Source: Candidatus Intestinimonas merdavium (GTDB lineage Bacteria > Bacillota > Clostridia > Oscillospirales > Oscillospiraceae). From it: DNA of 32,000 nt. The notes beneath the pieces are model-generated. The model was not told the origin of the DNA and did no database searches. It saw only the letters and a program-made list of their open reading frames with translations. Shown here in pieces: positions 1 to 10,417 of the stretch. The position numbers and the translations under genes were made by a program. The stretch spans positions 26,624-58,623 of the forward strand of contig DXCX01000100.1 of the NCBI GenBank assembly GCA_019115785.1, given 5' to 3'. Each line of letters begins with the position of its first letter. The stretch's first letter is position 1.

Positions 1-789
<789 letters not shown>

Positions 790-800
790 GTGCAATCAAG

Positions 801-828
801 GCCCGCGCCCATTGGCGCGGGCTTTTTT
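801..828 (+). terminator. rho-independent terminator after guaB
   Basis: GCCCGCGCC / GGCGCGGGC 9-bp GC stem with a 4-nt loop, then TTTTTT. Confidence 0.8.
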
Positions 829-868
829 ATCCGCAGCGGCCACAGAAATAAGAGGAGGGGTGGATGCG

Positions 869-1123
869 ATGGAACGCTATACACAACATAGCCGGACCGG
901 ATGGCAGGTGCCGGAGGGTCTGGAACAGGCTGCGGCAGAGCGCCTTGCCCACTTTGAAGACGCCTATGAGGACATCCGGTCCAAGCAGGCCAGACTGGAG
1001 GAGCAGATGGAGCCGCTTCGGGCGGCGGGAAAGCAGAAAAGTGTCCGGTTCCGGGAACTACTGGGAGAAAAACTGATGCTGCAACAAATGGTCATGATAC
1101 TGGAAAGCCACGGCCTCACATGA
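869..1123 (+). CDS. small hypothetical protein (84 aa), helical/coiled-coil-like
   Basis: ATG at 869 lies 10 nt after GGAGG (854-858). The sequence is balanced and charged (MERYTQHS...RLAHFEDAYEDIRSKQARLEEQMEPLRAAGKQKSVRFRELLGEKLMLQQM). The competing ORF 864-1076 is Arg/Trp-rich out-of-frame junk. No family recognised. Confidence 0.5.
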   Translation: MERYTQHSRTGWQVPEGLEQAAAERLAHFEDAYEDIRSKQARLEEQMEPLRAAGKQKSVRFRELLGEKLMLQQMVMILESHGLT

Positions 1124-1154
1124 AGGGTCGTATCGTGAGAAGGGAGGGGTGCCC

Positions 1155-4100
1155 GTGTTAAAACTTTTGCTGGGCCGGGCCGGAACGGGAAAGACCGACG
1201 AAATTTTAAAACGGATCGCGGCTGCGGCGGGGCAGCGTCAGCTGCTGATCGTACCAGAACAGGCCTCACACGAGACAGAGCGGCGCCTGTGCGCTGTGGC
1301 GGGGAACCAAGTATCGCTCTATGCGGAGGTCCTCTCCTTTACGCGCCTGACCAGCCGGGTACTGGCCCAGTCGGGTGGGTTGGCGGCCCCGGCCCTGGAC
1401 CCTGGCGGGCGGGTCCTTCTTATGTGTGCGGCCCGGAAAGCGGTCTCCAGTGCCCTCACCGTCTATGCCCGACCCTCCCAGAAGCCCGCCTTTCTCTCCG
1501 GTTTGCTGGCTACGCTGGACGAGTGCAAGCAGTACTGTGTCTCTCCCCAGGACCTGACCAAGGCGGGGGAGGAACTGCCTGGACAGGAGGGGGAGAAGCT
1601 TCGGGATCTCGGACTCATTTTCGGCGCCTATGACGCGCTGACGGCCCAGGTGGCCGCCGACCCCAGAGACCGCCTTACCCGCCTTGCCGAAGGACTGGGG
1701 GAGAGCGGTTGGGCCAAGGGCATCTCTGTCTATGTAGATGGCTTTACAGATTTTACCCCCCAACAGCTTCAGGTAATGCGGCAGCTGTGGAGACAGGCCA
1801 GGGAGGTCACAGTGGTCCTCACCTGCGCGCCGGAAGAGGAGGGGGAGAGAAATGGGGTCTTTGCGCCAGCCCGCCGCACCATTGCGCAGCTGCGTCGAGT
1901 GGCCAAGGAGGACTGTGTAGCGGTGGAGCTTGAGGGTTTCCGCACCGAGAGCAAATATAAAGTAGAAGAGCTTTCGTATATTGAGAAATACTTGTTTTCT
2001 GAGCATATTCAACCGTGGAAAGGGCCGGTGGAGGGCGTTTGCATGTTTACGGCGCTCACACCCCGGTCAGAGGTGGAGTGGACCGCCTCCGAGATCCTGC
2101 GCCTGGTGCGGGAGAAGGGTATTCGCTTTCGGGAAATCGGAGTGGTGGTCCGGGGATTTGACACCTACAGTCCCCTCATTGAAGAGGTTTTCGGGCGCTA
2201 TGGAGTGCCAGTCTTTCTGGACAGTATGACCGATATCCTCCAGAAACCAGTCTTTGCCGTGGTGATTGGGGCACTGGACGTGGTGGCGGGGGACTACGAC
2301 ACCGGCGATGTCTTCCGCTATCTGAAAACAGGGCTCACCGGTATTTCTCGTGGGGACTGCGATATATTAGAAAATTATTCCTTGAGATGGAACCTAAAGG
2401 GGAGCCGTTGGACGGCTGCGGCGCCCTGGAATATGCATCCACGGGGATATGGCTTTCCTATGACGGAGGAGGACCAGGCATTGCTGGACCATCTGGATCA
2501 GGTGCGGCGGCAGATCGTAGAACCGCTGGAAGAGCTTCGGCATAACAAGGATGAGACCGGAGAGGGCCAAGCGATCGCACTGTATCGATTTCTGGAGAAG
2601 ATTCAGCTGCCACAGCGGCTTGCGGAGCGGTCCCAGGCACTTCGGGAGCGGGGAGAGCTCAAACGGGCGGAGGAATATGGCCAGCTGTGGGAGATCCTGT
2701 GTGGTGGTCTGGAGCAGTGCGCTTCCATTCTGAGCCGTGCCCCCCTGAGCCTGGAGGAGTTTGCCCAGCTGCTGAAGCTGGTACTTTCTCAGTATGATGT
2801 AGGAGCCATCCCAGTGTCCCTGGACCGGGTAACAGCGGGGGATGCCGCCCGGTTGGGTGAACGGCAGTGTACCGCCCTCTTCTTCCTGGGGGCTGATGAC
2901 AGTGCGCTGCCCCAGGTGACGCCGGCGCCTGGCCTTTTCACAGATGACGATCGAAGCTTGCTGGCCTCCATGGGGCTGGAGCTCTCCCCTCAGCTTTCCG
3001 ATAAATTGGACCGAGAGATGACCATCGTCTACGCTGCCTGTGCCAGGCCCGACCGCTATCTGAAGGTGAGCTGGGCGGCGTCAGGGCCCCAGGGAGAGGA
3101 ACGTCGGCCCTCCTTTTTGTGGGAACGGCTGCGATTGCTCTTTCCGGAGGTATCTCCTCTGCGAGAGCAGGCACTGGGAGAGGGATTTCGCCTGGCGGCC
3201 CCACGGCCTGCCCTGGAGCTGGCGGGGGAGCGGGTGGAGGTCTTGGACATGCTCAAAAAGCAGGAGGAGCTGGCGCCGCTGGCTGAGCGGCTGGTGCGCG
3301 GGAGGGAGCTGAAGCGTGGGTGTCTCTGCCAGTCCTCCGTGGCCTGCCTCTATGGGAGAAAGGTACCCATGTCCGCATCCCGAATGGACAAGTATCGCTC
3401 CTGCCATTTTTCCTATTTCATGCAGTTCGGTCTAAAGGCAAAGCCCCGGCAGCCCGCTGGCTTTCAGGCTCCGGAATATGGGACCTTTGTCCACTATGTG
3501 CTGGAGCACATGCTGAAGGATGCAACCTGGAAGGTGGAGGACGGGAATGGAGGCTGGACCTGGGACGAAGGGATGGTCCGACGGCAGATCAAGGCCATCA
3601 TGGAGACCTATATTGCCCAGGAGTTGGGGGGACTGGAGAACAAGACCCCTCGGTTTGTCTATCTCTTCAACCGGCTCATCCGGCCTGTGACCCAGGTGGT
3701 GGAGAATGTGCTGGAGGAGCTCTCCGTCTCCAGTTTTCAGCCAATCTCCTTCGAGCTGGGCTTCGGTGACCGGGGGGATCTGCCCCCTGTAGAGCTGGCG
3801 GTGGATGGGGTCACCGTCAGTGTCTCTGGGTTCGTGGACCGGGTAGACGGCTGGGTCCATGACGGACGGCTCTACCTCCGGGTAGTGGACTACAAAACGG
3901 GACGCAAATCCTTCGACCTCACCGAGGTCTGGAACGGCCTGGGACTCCAGATGCTCCTCTATCTGTTCACTCTGGAGGAGAAAGGGGAATCACTTTACCA
4001 TTATGCCGTTACGCCGGCGGGTGTTCTCTATCTGCCGGCCCGGGCGGCAGTTGCCAAAGGCAGCCGAAGTATGACGGAGCGGGAACGTCAAAAGCAGACC

Positions 4101-4502
4101 GATGCCGAACTGCGTCGTCATGGCCTCATCCTGGACGACCCTGAGGTGCTAGAGGCTATGGAGACCATCAATGAGGGTGGTCCCCGCTTCTTGCCTGTAA
4201 AGGTTTCAAGCCGTACAGGTACGATCACCGGAGAGGCCCTGGTGACGGCGGAGCGGCTTGGGAAGCTGAAAAGGCACACCCAGCGTATCCTGTCAGAGAT
4301 CGCTGGAGAGCTTGCCTCCGGGGTCATTGACGCTGACCCCTATTGGCGAGGGCCGGAGAAGAACGCCTGCCTCTACTGTGACTACGGGGCCGCCTGCCAC
4401 TTCGAGGATGGACGGGGAAGTGACAGGCGAAGATACTTGCCAACTATGGATGGAGAGACGTTTTGGGCCTCTGTGGATGAAGAGGAGCCTGAAAATATCT
4501 GA
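1155..4502 (+). CDS. addB: ATP-dependent helicase/deoxyribonuclease subunit B (AddB/RexB)
   Basis: N-terminal Walker A GRAGTGKT. RecB-type nuclease motif VVDYKTG. Four Cys of the AddB Fe-S cluster (RSCHF ... CLYCDYGAAC). It sits immediately upstream of addA. GTG at 1155 is 7 nt after GGAGG; GTG at 1149 is the alternative start. Confidence 0.9.
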   Translation: MLKLLLGRAGTGKTDEILKRIAAAAGQRQLLIVPEQASHETERRLCAVAGNQVSLYAEVLSFTRLTSRVLAQSGGLAAPALDPGGRVLLMCAARKAVSSALTVYARPSQKPAFLSGLLATLDECKQYCVSPQDLTKAGEELPGQEGEKLRDLGLIFGAYDALTAQVAADPRDRLTRLAEGLGESGWAKGISVYVDGFTDFTPQQLQVMRQLWRQAREVTVVLTCAPEEEGERNGVFAPARRTIAQLRRVAKEDCVAVELEGFRTESKYKVEELSYIEKYLFSEHIQPWKGPVEGVCMFTALTPRSEVEWTASEILRLVREKGIRFREIGVVVRGFDTYSPLIEEVFGRYGVPVFLDSMTDILQKPVFAVVIGALDVVAGDYDTGDVFRYLKTGLTGISRGDCDILENYSLRWNLKGSRWTAAAPWNMHPRGYGFPMTEEDQALLDHLDQVRRQIVEPLEELRHNKDETGEGQAIALYRFLEKIQLPQRLAERSQALRERGELKRAEEYGQLWEILCGGLEQCASILSRAPLSLEEFAQLLKLVLSQYDVGAIPVSLDRVTAGDAARLGERQCTALFFLGADDSALPQVTPAPGLFTDDDRSLLASMGLELSPQLSDKLDREMTIVYAACARPDRYLKVSWAASGPQGEERRPSFLWERLRLLFPEVSPLREQALGEGFRLAAPRPALELAGERVEVLDMLKKQEELAPLAERLVRGRELKRGCLCQSSVACLYGRKVPMSASRMDKYRSCHFSYFMQFGLKAKPRQPAGFQAPEYGTFVHYVLEHMLKDATWKVEDGNGGWTWDEGMVRRQIKAIMETYIAQELGGLENKTPRFVYLFNRLIRPVTQVVENVLEELSVSSFQPISFELGFGDRGDLPPVELAVDGVTVSVSGFVDRVDGWVHDGRLYLRVVDYKTGRKSFDLTEVWNGLGLQMLLYLFTLEEKGESLYHYAVTPAGVLYLPARAAVAKGSRSMTERERQKQTDAELRRHGLILDDPEVLEAMETINEGGPRFLPVKVSSRTGTITGEALVTAERLGKLKRHTQRILSEIAGELASGVIDADPYWRGPEKNACLYCDYGAACHFEDGRGSDRRRYLPTMDGETFWASVDEEEPENI

Positions 4503-4526
4503 CCAGGTACGAAAGGGGGAGCACAC

Positions 4527-7500
4527 ATGGGTTTTCCGTTAACGGAGGAACAGCGTGCAGTGGTGGAGAACCGGGGCGGTGGGCTGCTGGTGGCCGCCGC
4601 TGCCGGCTCCGGCAAGACCCGGGTGCTGGTGGAGCGGCTGCTGGGCCGGGTACAGGAGGAGGGGGTGGATATCGACCGCTTCTTGGTTATCACCTATACC
4701 AAGGCGGCGGCAGCGGAGCTCCGGGGGCGCATCGCCCAGGAACTGTCCTCCAGGCTGGCCGCGGCCCCTGGAGACCGTCATCTTCGCCGGCAGACCATGC
4801 GGCTTTATAAGACACAGATCTCCACCATTCATGCCTTCTGTGCCCAGCTCCTGCGGGAACATGGCCATCTGTTGGATCTGGATGCCGATCTGCGCCTGTG
4901 CGACGAGAGCGAGGCTGGCGTTCTGATGCTCCAGGCTATGGACCAGGTTCTGGAGGAGCGGTATGAAGCCGTAGTGCCCGAGAGTGATTTTGCCCATTTG
5001 TTGGACACCATGTCTGCCGGACGGGATGACAGCCGGCTGGCGGAGATTGCGCTGGACATATATGGTAAGGTGCAGAGCCATCCTGATCCCCATGCCTGGC
5101 TGGAGACCCAGAGTCAGGCCTATGCGCTGGAGGGGATCAGCGATGCGGGGGAGACCATCTGGGGTAAGCTGCTGTTGGAGCAGGCCAGGGAGCAGGCTGG
5201 TTACTGGCGAACTCGGATGGAGGAGGCCCTGGCGCTGTGCGAGGGGGATGAGAAACTCAGCCGGGGCTATGCGCCCAGTCTTTCTGAGACCCTTGCTGCC
5301 CTGGAGCGCTTTCAGACTGCTCTGGGCCAAGGCTGGGATCGGGCAGCGGAGCGGGCCGACATCCCCTTTCCCCGGCTGGGGGCGGTTCGAGGGTGTGAGG
5401 ACCCCGCTGCCCAGGAGCGGATCAAAAACATCCGGGAGGCCTGTAAAAAGCGGATGGGAAAGCTGGCGGAGCGGTTTTCCGACGGCAGCGGACAGCTTCT
5501 GGATGATCTTCGGGCAGTATCACCGGCGGTCCGGGGGCTCTTTGCCCTGGTGGAGGACTTTACGGCATCCTATACTGCCCTCAAGCGGCGGCGGCGGCTG
5601 TTAGACTTCTCTGACTTGGAGCATCTGGCGGTCAGCCTTCTTCAGGAGGCCGGTGGTTCCCATACCGAACTGGCCCAGCTGGTAGCCAGCCGGTATATTG
5701 AAGTCATGGTGGATGAGTATCAGGACACCAATGAGGTCCAAAATGCTATTTTTGACGCCATTTCCGGGGGCGGCAGACGGCTTTTCATGGTGGGCGACGT
5801 AAAACAGTCCATCTACCGGTTCCGGCTGGCCGACCCCACCATCTTTTTGCGGAAATACCGCACCTTTCAGTCTTATGATAAGGCAGGCGAGGGAGAGGAT
5901 CGGCGGATTTTGCTGACCCGGAATTTCCGCTCCCGTCCCCAAGTGCTGGAGGGGGCCAACTTCCTCTTCCGCAACATCATGTCCATTCCCTTTGGCGAGA
6001 TGGACTATACCGCTGACGAGGCCCTCTACCCCGGGGCGGAATTTCCCGGACAGGGGGAGGATTACGCTGTGGAGCTGGACGCCCTGGACCTCTCTGATGC
6101 AGAGCCCGAGGAGGGAAGAGGGGGAGAGAAGCCCTCGCGGGACCTGTTGGAGGCACGCTTTGCGGCGGGACGCATCCGAGAGCTGCTGGATAGTGGATTC
6201 CAAGTTACTGGACAAGAGGGAAACACCCGGCCGTTGGAACAGGGAGATATTGTGATCCTGCTGCGTTCCCCCAACACTGTCCTCCGACACTATGCCAGAG
6301 CCCTGGGAGAGCAGGGGATGGCCTGGGAGGCCGAGGGCGGAGAAGATTTTCTGAGCTCCACCGAGGTATTGGTGGCCCTCTCCTGCCTGCGCGTCGTTGA
6401 CAATCCCCGACAGGATATTCCCCTCATCTCGGTGCTTCGCTCTCCTGTTTGGGGCTTTTCTGCGGACCGATTGGCTGAAATCCGTTCCGCAGATCCGGAC
6501 ACCGATTTCTATGGCGCTCTGTTGGCCGATGGCGGGGAGGACGTAAAGGAGTTTCTGGGAGAGCTGGACCGGCTCCGGGACCTTGCTTGCGATATGAGCT
6601 GTCACCAGCTTCTCTGGGAAGTCTATGACCGCTTCGGTATGTTGGGGATTTTCGGCGGTATGGGAGATGGGGAGAGTCGTCGCAGGAACCTGCTGGCCCT
6701 GGCGGAGCAGGCCCGGCAATTTGAATCTGCCGGACACAAGGGGCTGTATGGCTTCCTCTCTTACCTGGACCGTGTGCTGGAGTCCGGCGGCCATCTGTCC
6801 TCGCCCAGCCCGGCGGGGGAGGGTGGCGGTGTCCGTATCTTGAGTATCCACCGCTCCAAAGGTCTGGAGTTCCCGGTGGTCTTCCTCTGCGGATTGGCCC
6901 GCCGGCTCAATCGGGAGGATATGCAGAAGCCGATGCTGTTCCACCCCAGGCTGGGAGTGGGCCCCAAAGGCCTGGACCCGGAGCGGATGGTGGAGTACAC
7001 CACTCTGGCCCGACAGGCGGTAGCCGCCCAACTGGAACGGGAGATGATGGCGGAGGAGCTGCGTCTCCTCTATGTGGCCATGACCCGAGCCAAAGAAAAG
7101 CTCATTCTCACCTGCGCCCTCACCGGCGGTGCCAGAGATTTGCGGCGGCTGGCGGAGGATGCCGCCTGTCCGGTGGACCCGCAGGCGCTGTTGGCGACCC
7201 AGTCGGCAGCCCAGTGGGTACTGCTTCCGGTGCTGGCGCGGCCTGATGCCGCTGCCCTCCGGCTGGCAATGGAGCGGGATTTGCCCCTGACCACAGATGA
7301 CTGTGGACCGGCTTGGGACATCCGATGGGTGGACGGCAGGGGTCTGGGGGCGGTTCCCATGGTCAAACATAAAGAGGAAAAACAGGATACATATCTGGAG
7401 ATCAGACGGGAGGATCTGGAAGCCCTGTCCCAGCGTCTATCCTGGCAGTACCCATACCAGGCCGATACCGCCATTCCCTCCAAGCTCACTGCGACACAGC

Positions 7501-8117
7501 TCAAAGGCCGTGATTTGGACCTGGAGGCCGCGGAGGCGGCCCCTCAGCCGCCGCGCCCCATCCAGTTCCCGCGTCCCCGCTTTGCTGCGGAGGCCCTGGG
7601 ACTCACACCGGCACAGAAGGGGACAGCGCTCCATCTGGTGATGCAGTTCATCGAATTTTCCAAGTCCACAACAAAGCATGGAGCGGCGGAGGAGATACAG
7701 CGGTTGGTCCAAAAGCAGATCATTACGCCCCAACAGGGGGAGGCCGCCGATCCCGCTCGAATCGCCGCGCTCTTTTCCTCGCCGCTTGGCCGGGAGCTGT
7801 TGGGCTCGGACACCTTGCAGCGGGAGTTCAAGTTTTCCATCCTGGTGCCAGCCAGGGACTATTACCCACAGGCGGAGGAGGGAGAGCGGGTGCTCCTTCA
7901 GGGTGTGGTGGACTGTTGGTTCGAGACCCTGGAGGGCATCACGGTGGTTGACTTCAAAACAGACCGTATTAGGAAGGAGGAACTCCAGGCCCGTGCGGAG
8001 CTTTACCGCTCGCAGCTGATGGCATACAGCCGCGCGCTGGAGGAGGTCACCGGGCGAAACGTGGTCCGAAAGGTGCTGTGGTTCTTCGCACTGAACCAAG
8101 CGGTGGAGCTTCCATAA
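4527..8117 (+). CDS. addA: ATP-dependent helicase/nuclease subunit A (AddA), UvrD/PcrA-like helicase plus C-terminal RecB nuclease
   Basis: Motifs AAAGSGKT, VDEYQDTN, GDVKQSIYRFR, SIHRSKGLEFPVV, YVAMTRAKEKL and C-terminal GVVDCWF...VVDFKTD. SD AAGGGGGAG lies 5 nt before the ATG. Confidence 0.93.
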   Translation: MGFPLTEEQRAVVENRGGGLLVAAAAGSGKTRVLVERLLGRVQEEGVDIDRFLVITYTKAAAAELRGRIAQELSSRLAAAPGDRHLRRQTMRLYKTQISTIHAFCAQLLREHGHLLDLDADLRLCDESEAGVLMLQAMDQVLEERYEAVVPESDFAHLLDTMSAGRDDSRLAEIALDIYGKVQSHPDPHAWLETQSQAYALEGISDAGETIWGKLLLEQAREQAGYWRTRMEEALALCEGDEKLSRGYAPSLSETLAALERFQTALGQGWDRAAERADIPFPRLGAVRGCEDPAAQERIKNIREACKKRMGKLAERFSDGSGQLLDDLRAVSPAVRGLFALVEDFTASYTALKRRRRLLDFSDLEHLAVSLLQEAGGSHTELAQLVASRYIEVMVDEYQDTNEVQNAIFDAISGGGRRLFMVGDVKQSIYRFRLADPTIFLRKYRTFQSYDKAGEGEDRRILLTRNFRSRPQVLEGANFLFRNIMSIPFGEMDYTADEALYPGAEFPGQGEDYAVELDALDLSDAEPEEGRGGEKPSRDLLEARFAAGRIRELLDSGFQVTGQEGNTRPLEQGDIVILLRSPNTVLRHYARALGEQGMAWEAEGGEDFLSSTEVLVALSCLRVVDNPRQDIPLISVLRSPVWGFSADRLAEIRSADPDTDFYGALLADGGEDVKEFLGELDRLRDLACDMSCHQLLWEVYDRFGMLGIFGGMGDGESRRRNLLALAEQARQFESAGHKGLYGFLSYLDRVLESGGHLSSPSPAGEGGGVRILSIHRSKGLEFPVVFLCGLARRLNREDMQKPMLFHPRLGVGPKGLDPERMVEYTTLARQAVAAQLEREMMAEELRLLYVAMTRAKEKLILTCALTGGARDLRRLAEDAACPVDPQALLATQSAAQWVLLPVLARPDAAALRLAMERDLPLTTDDCGPAWDIRWVDGRGLGAVPMVKHKEEKQDTYLEIRREDLEALSQRLSWQYPYQADTAIPSKLTATQLKGRDLDLEAAEAAPQPPRPIQFPRPRFAAEALGLTPAQKGTALHLVMQFIEFSKSTTKHGAAEEIQRLVQKQIITPQQGEAADPARIAALFSSPLGRELLGSDTLQREFKFSILVPARDYYPQAEEGERVLLQGVVDCWFETLEGITVVDFKTDRIRKEELQARAELYRSQLMAYSRALEEVTGRNVVRKVLWFFALNQAVELP

Positions 8118-8176
8118 AAAGGGAACAGGCCGAATTGGGCATCTCTGGATGAGAACAGAAAAATCTAAAAAAACAG

Positions 8177-8205
8177 TTGCATTGTGTCCGTCTTTGTGCT
8201 ATCAT
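8177..8205 (+). promoter_or_regulatory. sigma-A-type promoter for rpmE
   Basis: TTGCAT (8177-8182), 17-nt spacer, TATCAT (8200-8205) with TG at -15/-14. Confidence 0.5.
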
Positions 8206-8276
8206 ATTCTAGCGTTTGTAAGGCGTGGAGGTTTGCTGCGCCGTCTCATCTGGAACGAGAAAGAGGTGAACCAGCA

Positions 8277-8483
8277 ATGAAGGAAGGCATTCATCCCAAC
8301 TATCAGCAGACCACGATCAAGTGTGCCTGTGGTAATGTGATTGAAACCGGCTCTACCAAAAAGGACATCCGCGTGGAAGTTTGCTCCAAGTGTCACCCCT
8401 TTTTCACCGGCAAGCAGAAGATGGTGGATACGGGCGGACGTGTGAGCCGCTTCAACAAGAAGTTCGGTTTGGACAAGAAGTAA
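8277..8483 (+). CDS. rpmE: 50S ribosomal protein L31, Zn-ribbon (C+) form
   Basis: [20 protein letters not shown]...[37 protein letters not shown] lies upstream. The ORF-track start at 8184 is an upstream in-frame extension. Confidence 0.95.
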   Translation: MKEGIHPNYQQTTIKCACGNVIETGSTKKDIRVEVCSKCHPFFTGKQKMVDTGGRVSRFNKKFGLDKK

Positions 8484-8499
8484 GCTATGGCACTCATAA

Positions 8500-8530
8500 G
8501 GCCCGCGTCGGTTTCGGCGCGGGTCTTTTC
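8500..8530 (+). terminator. rho-independent terminator after rpmE
   Basis: GGCCCGCGTCG / CGGCGCGGGTC stem (two G-U pairs) with loop GTTT, then TTTT. Confidence 0.75.
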
Positions 8531-8580
8531 GCATATACTGCTTTCAGGAAATCCAGAATCACAAGTAGGAGGGTGCAGCT

Positions 8581-9087
8581 ATGCTGGAAAAATGTGATGT
8601 GAAGAGCCTGGATCAGAATGTTTTTTCCCTGATTGGAGAGCAGTGGATGCTCATTACTGCGGGGACGGCGGAGCACTGCAATACGATGACTGCCAGTTGG
8701 GGCGGCCTGGGGGTGCTATGGGGAAGTGATGTAGCCACCTGCTACATTCGGCCCCAGCGCTATACCTATGAGTTCGTGGAGGGGAGCGACTACTTTACCC
8801 TATCCTTCTTTGGACCGGAGTACCGAAAGGCACTTGCCCTCTGCGGGGCCCAAAGCGGACGTGAGGTAGATAAGGTAAAAGAATGTGGCTTTACGGTCCG
8901 GACGGGGGAGGGCGGCGCGCCCTACTTTGCCGAGGCGTAGCTGGTGCTGGTATGCCGAAAGGTATATTGGCAGGACATCGAACCCGCTCACTTCCTGGAC
9001 CCGGAGATTGATGAGAGGTGGTATCCTGAGAAGGACTATCACAGAATGTATATCGGCAAAATTGTGGAGACCTATCGGAAGAAATAA
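8581..9087 (+). pseudogene. flavin reductase-like (FMN-binding split-barrel) gene interrupted by one in-frame TAG at 8938-8940; either a nonsense pseudogene or a read-through/recoded gene
   Basis: The 119-aa N-terminal part (GEQWMLITAG...NTMTASWGGLG...IRPQRYTYEF) stops at TAG. The same frame stays open 48 more codons (LVLVCRKVYWQDIEPAHFLDPEIDERWYPEKDYHRMYIGKIVETYRKK) to TAA at 9085-9087. The total of 168 codons is normal for the family. SD AGGAGGG precedes the 8581 start. Confidence 0.75.
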
Positions 9088-9108
9088 GGGAGCAGTCCCG
9101 GAGGTATT

Positions 9109-10386
9109 ATGACTGACCATACCACAGAAGAGAAAACGGACCGTGCCGTGCTGGTGGGGCTCAACGCTGGCTGTCTGAGCCGGGAGGAGAATGCCACCGA
9201 GTCCTCTATGGAAGAACTCTCCGCCCTTTTGGAGACGGCGGGGGGTATTTGCGTGGGTACGGTTCTCCAGAATAAGGATACACCGGACCCGCGCACCTTC
9301 ATTGGCGAGGGCAAGGTGGCCGAGGTAAAGGAGCTGGTCCAGGCCGCCGGTGCGACCATGGTTATTTTTGATAACGCGCTGTCTCCCTCCCAGCAGCGGG
9401 TGCTCTCTGATGAGCTGGGAGTGGCTGTACTGGACCGCTCTGCGCTCATCCTGGACATCTTTGCCCAGCGGGCGCGGACCAAGGAGGGGCGGCTCCAGGT
9501 AGAGTTGGCCCAGTATAAATACCTGTTGCCCCGGCTCACCGGCATGTGGGGACACCTGGTACGGCAGACCGCCTCGGGCGGTAAATCCCCCATCGGTACC
9601 CGAGGGCCCGGTGAGACTCAGCTGGAGACAGACCGGCGGCATATCCACCGTAAGATTGCCAAGCTGGAAGAGGATCTCAAGGAAGTGCGGAGGGTCCGCG
9701 GCGTTCAGCGAGAACGGCGCATCAAAAATGAGATGCCGGTGGTGGCCATTGTGGGTTATACCAACGCCGGAAAGTCCACGCTCCTCAACGCCCTCACCGG
9801 GTCTGATATTCCAGCCAACAACAGGCTTTTTGATACTCTGGACACCACCACCCGCACTCTGGAGATTTCGGATACCTGTACGGTGCTCATTTCAGATACC
9901 GTGGGCTTTATCTCCAAGCTGCCCCACCATTTGGTAGAGGCATTCAAGGCCACCCTGGAAGAGCTCTCTTTTGCCGATCTGCTTCTCCATGTTATTGACT
10001 CCTCCAACCCGGAGTGGCGGGACCAGGCGGCGGTAGTGGAGTCACTCATCTATGAGCTGGGCGCCTCGGAGACACCCCGTATTGATGTGTTTAACAAGTG
10101 CGACCGCTACAGTGGAGACATCCTCCCCCACGGGGAGGACATCGTCACCGTCTCTGCCAAGACGGGGGAGGGGCTGGACCGGCTTCGGGACATGATCGGC
10201 GATCGGCTGGATGCTGGAGCCCACCGGGTGACCCTCTCTCTTCCCTATGATAGGGGCGGGCTGCTGGATACCCTCTATAAGGAGGCCAAGGTGGAATCTG
10301 TGGAATACGGAGAGACCATTCTGGTCACAGCGGTATGCACCCCCAAGCTGATGGGCCAGATGGATGAGTTTCTTCTGGAGCGCTGA
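9109..10386 (+). CDS. hflX: GTPase HflX
   Basis: HflX N-domain (LSPSQQRVLSDELG, LDRSALILDIFAQRA, QVELAQYKYLLPRL). G-motifs GYTNAGKST, DTVGF, NKCD. SD GGAGG. Confidence 0.95.
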   Translation: MTDHTTEEKTDRAVLVGLNAGCLSREENATESSMEELSALLETAGGICVGTVLQNKDTPDPRTFIGEGKVAEVKELVQAAGATMVIFDNALSPSQQRVLSDELGVAVLDRSALILDIFAQRARTKEGRLQVELAQYKYLLPRLTGMWGHLVRQTASGGKSPIGTRGPGETQLETDRRHIHRKIAKLEEDLKEVRRVRGVQRERRIKNEMPVVAIVGYTNAGKSTLLNALTGSDIPANNRLFDTLDTTTRTLEISDTCTVLISDTVGFISKLPHHLVEAFKATLEELSFADLLLHVIDSSNPEWRDQAAVVESLIYELGASETPRIDVFNKCDRYSGDILPHGEDIVTVSAKTGEGLDRLRDMIGDRLDAGAHRVTLSLPYDRGGLLDTLYKEAKVESVEYGETILVTAVCTPKLMGQMDEFLLER

Positions 10387-10417
10387 AAAAGAAGCAAGAG
10401 AGAAAAGAGGGCCGGGT

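Noticed and set aside
864-1076. 70-aa ORF with an ATG 5 nt after the SD
   Set aside because: Its Arg/Trp/Ser-rich sequence is typical of an off-frame reading. The overlapping 869 frame gives a coherent helical protein.
5601-7370. 589-aa ORF antisense to addA
   Set aside because: It overlaps a motif-verified gene entirely. Its L/G/H/Q/P-rich composition is typical of shadow frames in GC-rich coding DNA, and it has no SD.
8800-9648. 282-aa minus-strand ORF spanning the flavin reductase 3' end and the hflX 5' end
   Set aside because: It crosses two plus-strand genes and their intergenic SD. It has no motifs and a shadow-frame composition.
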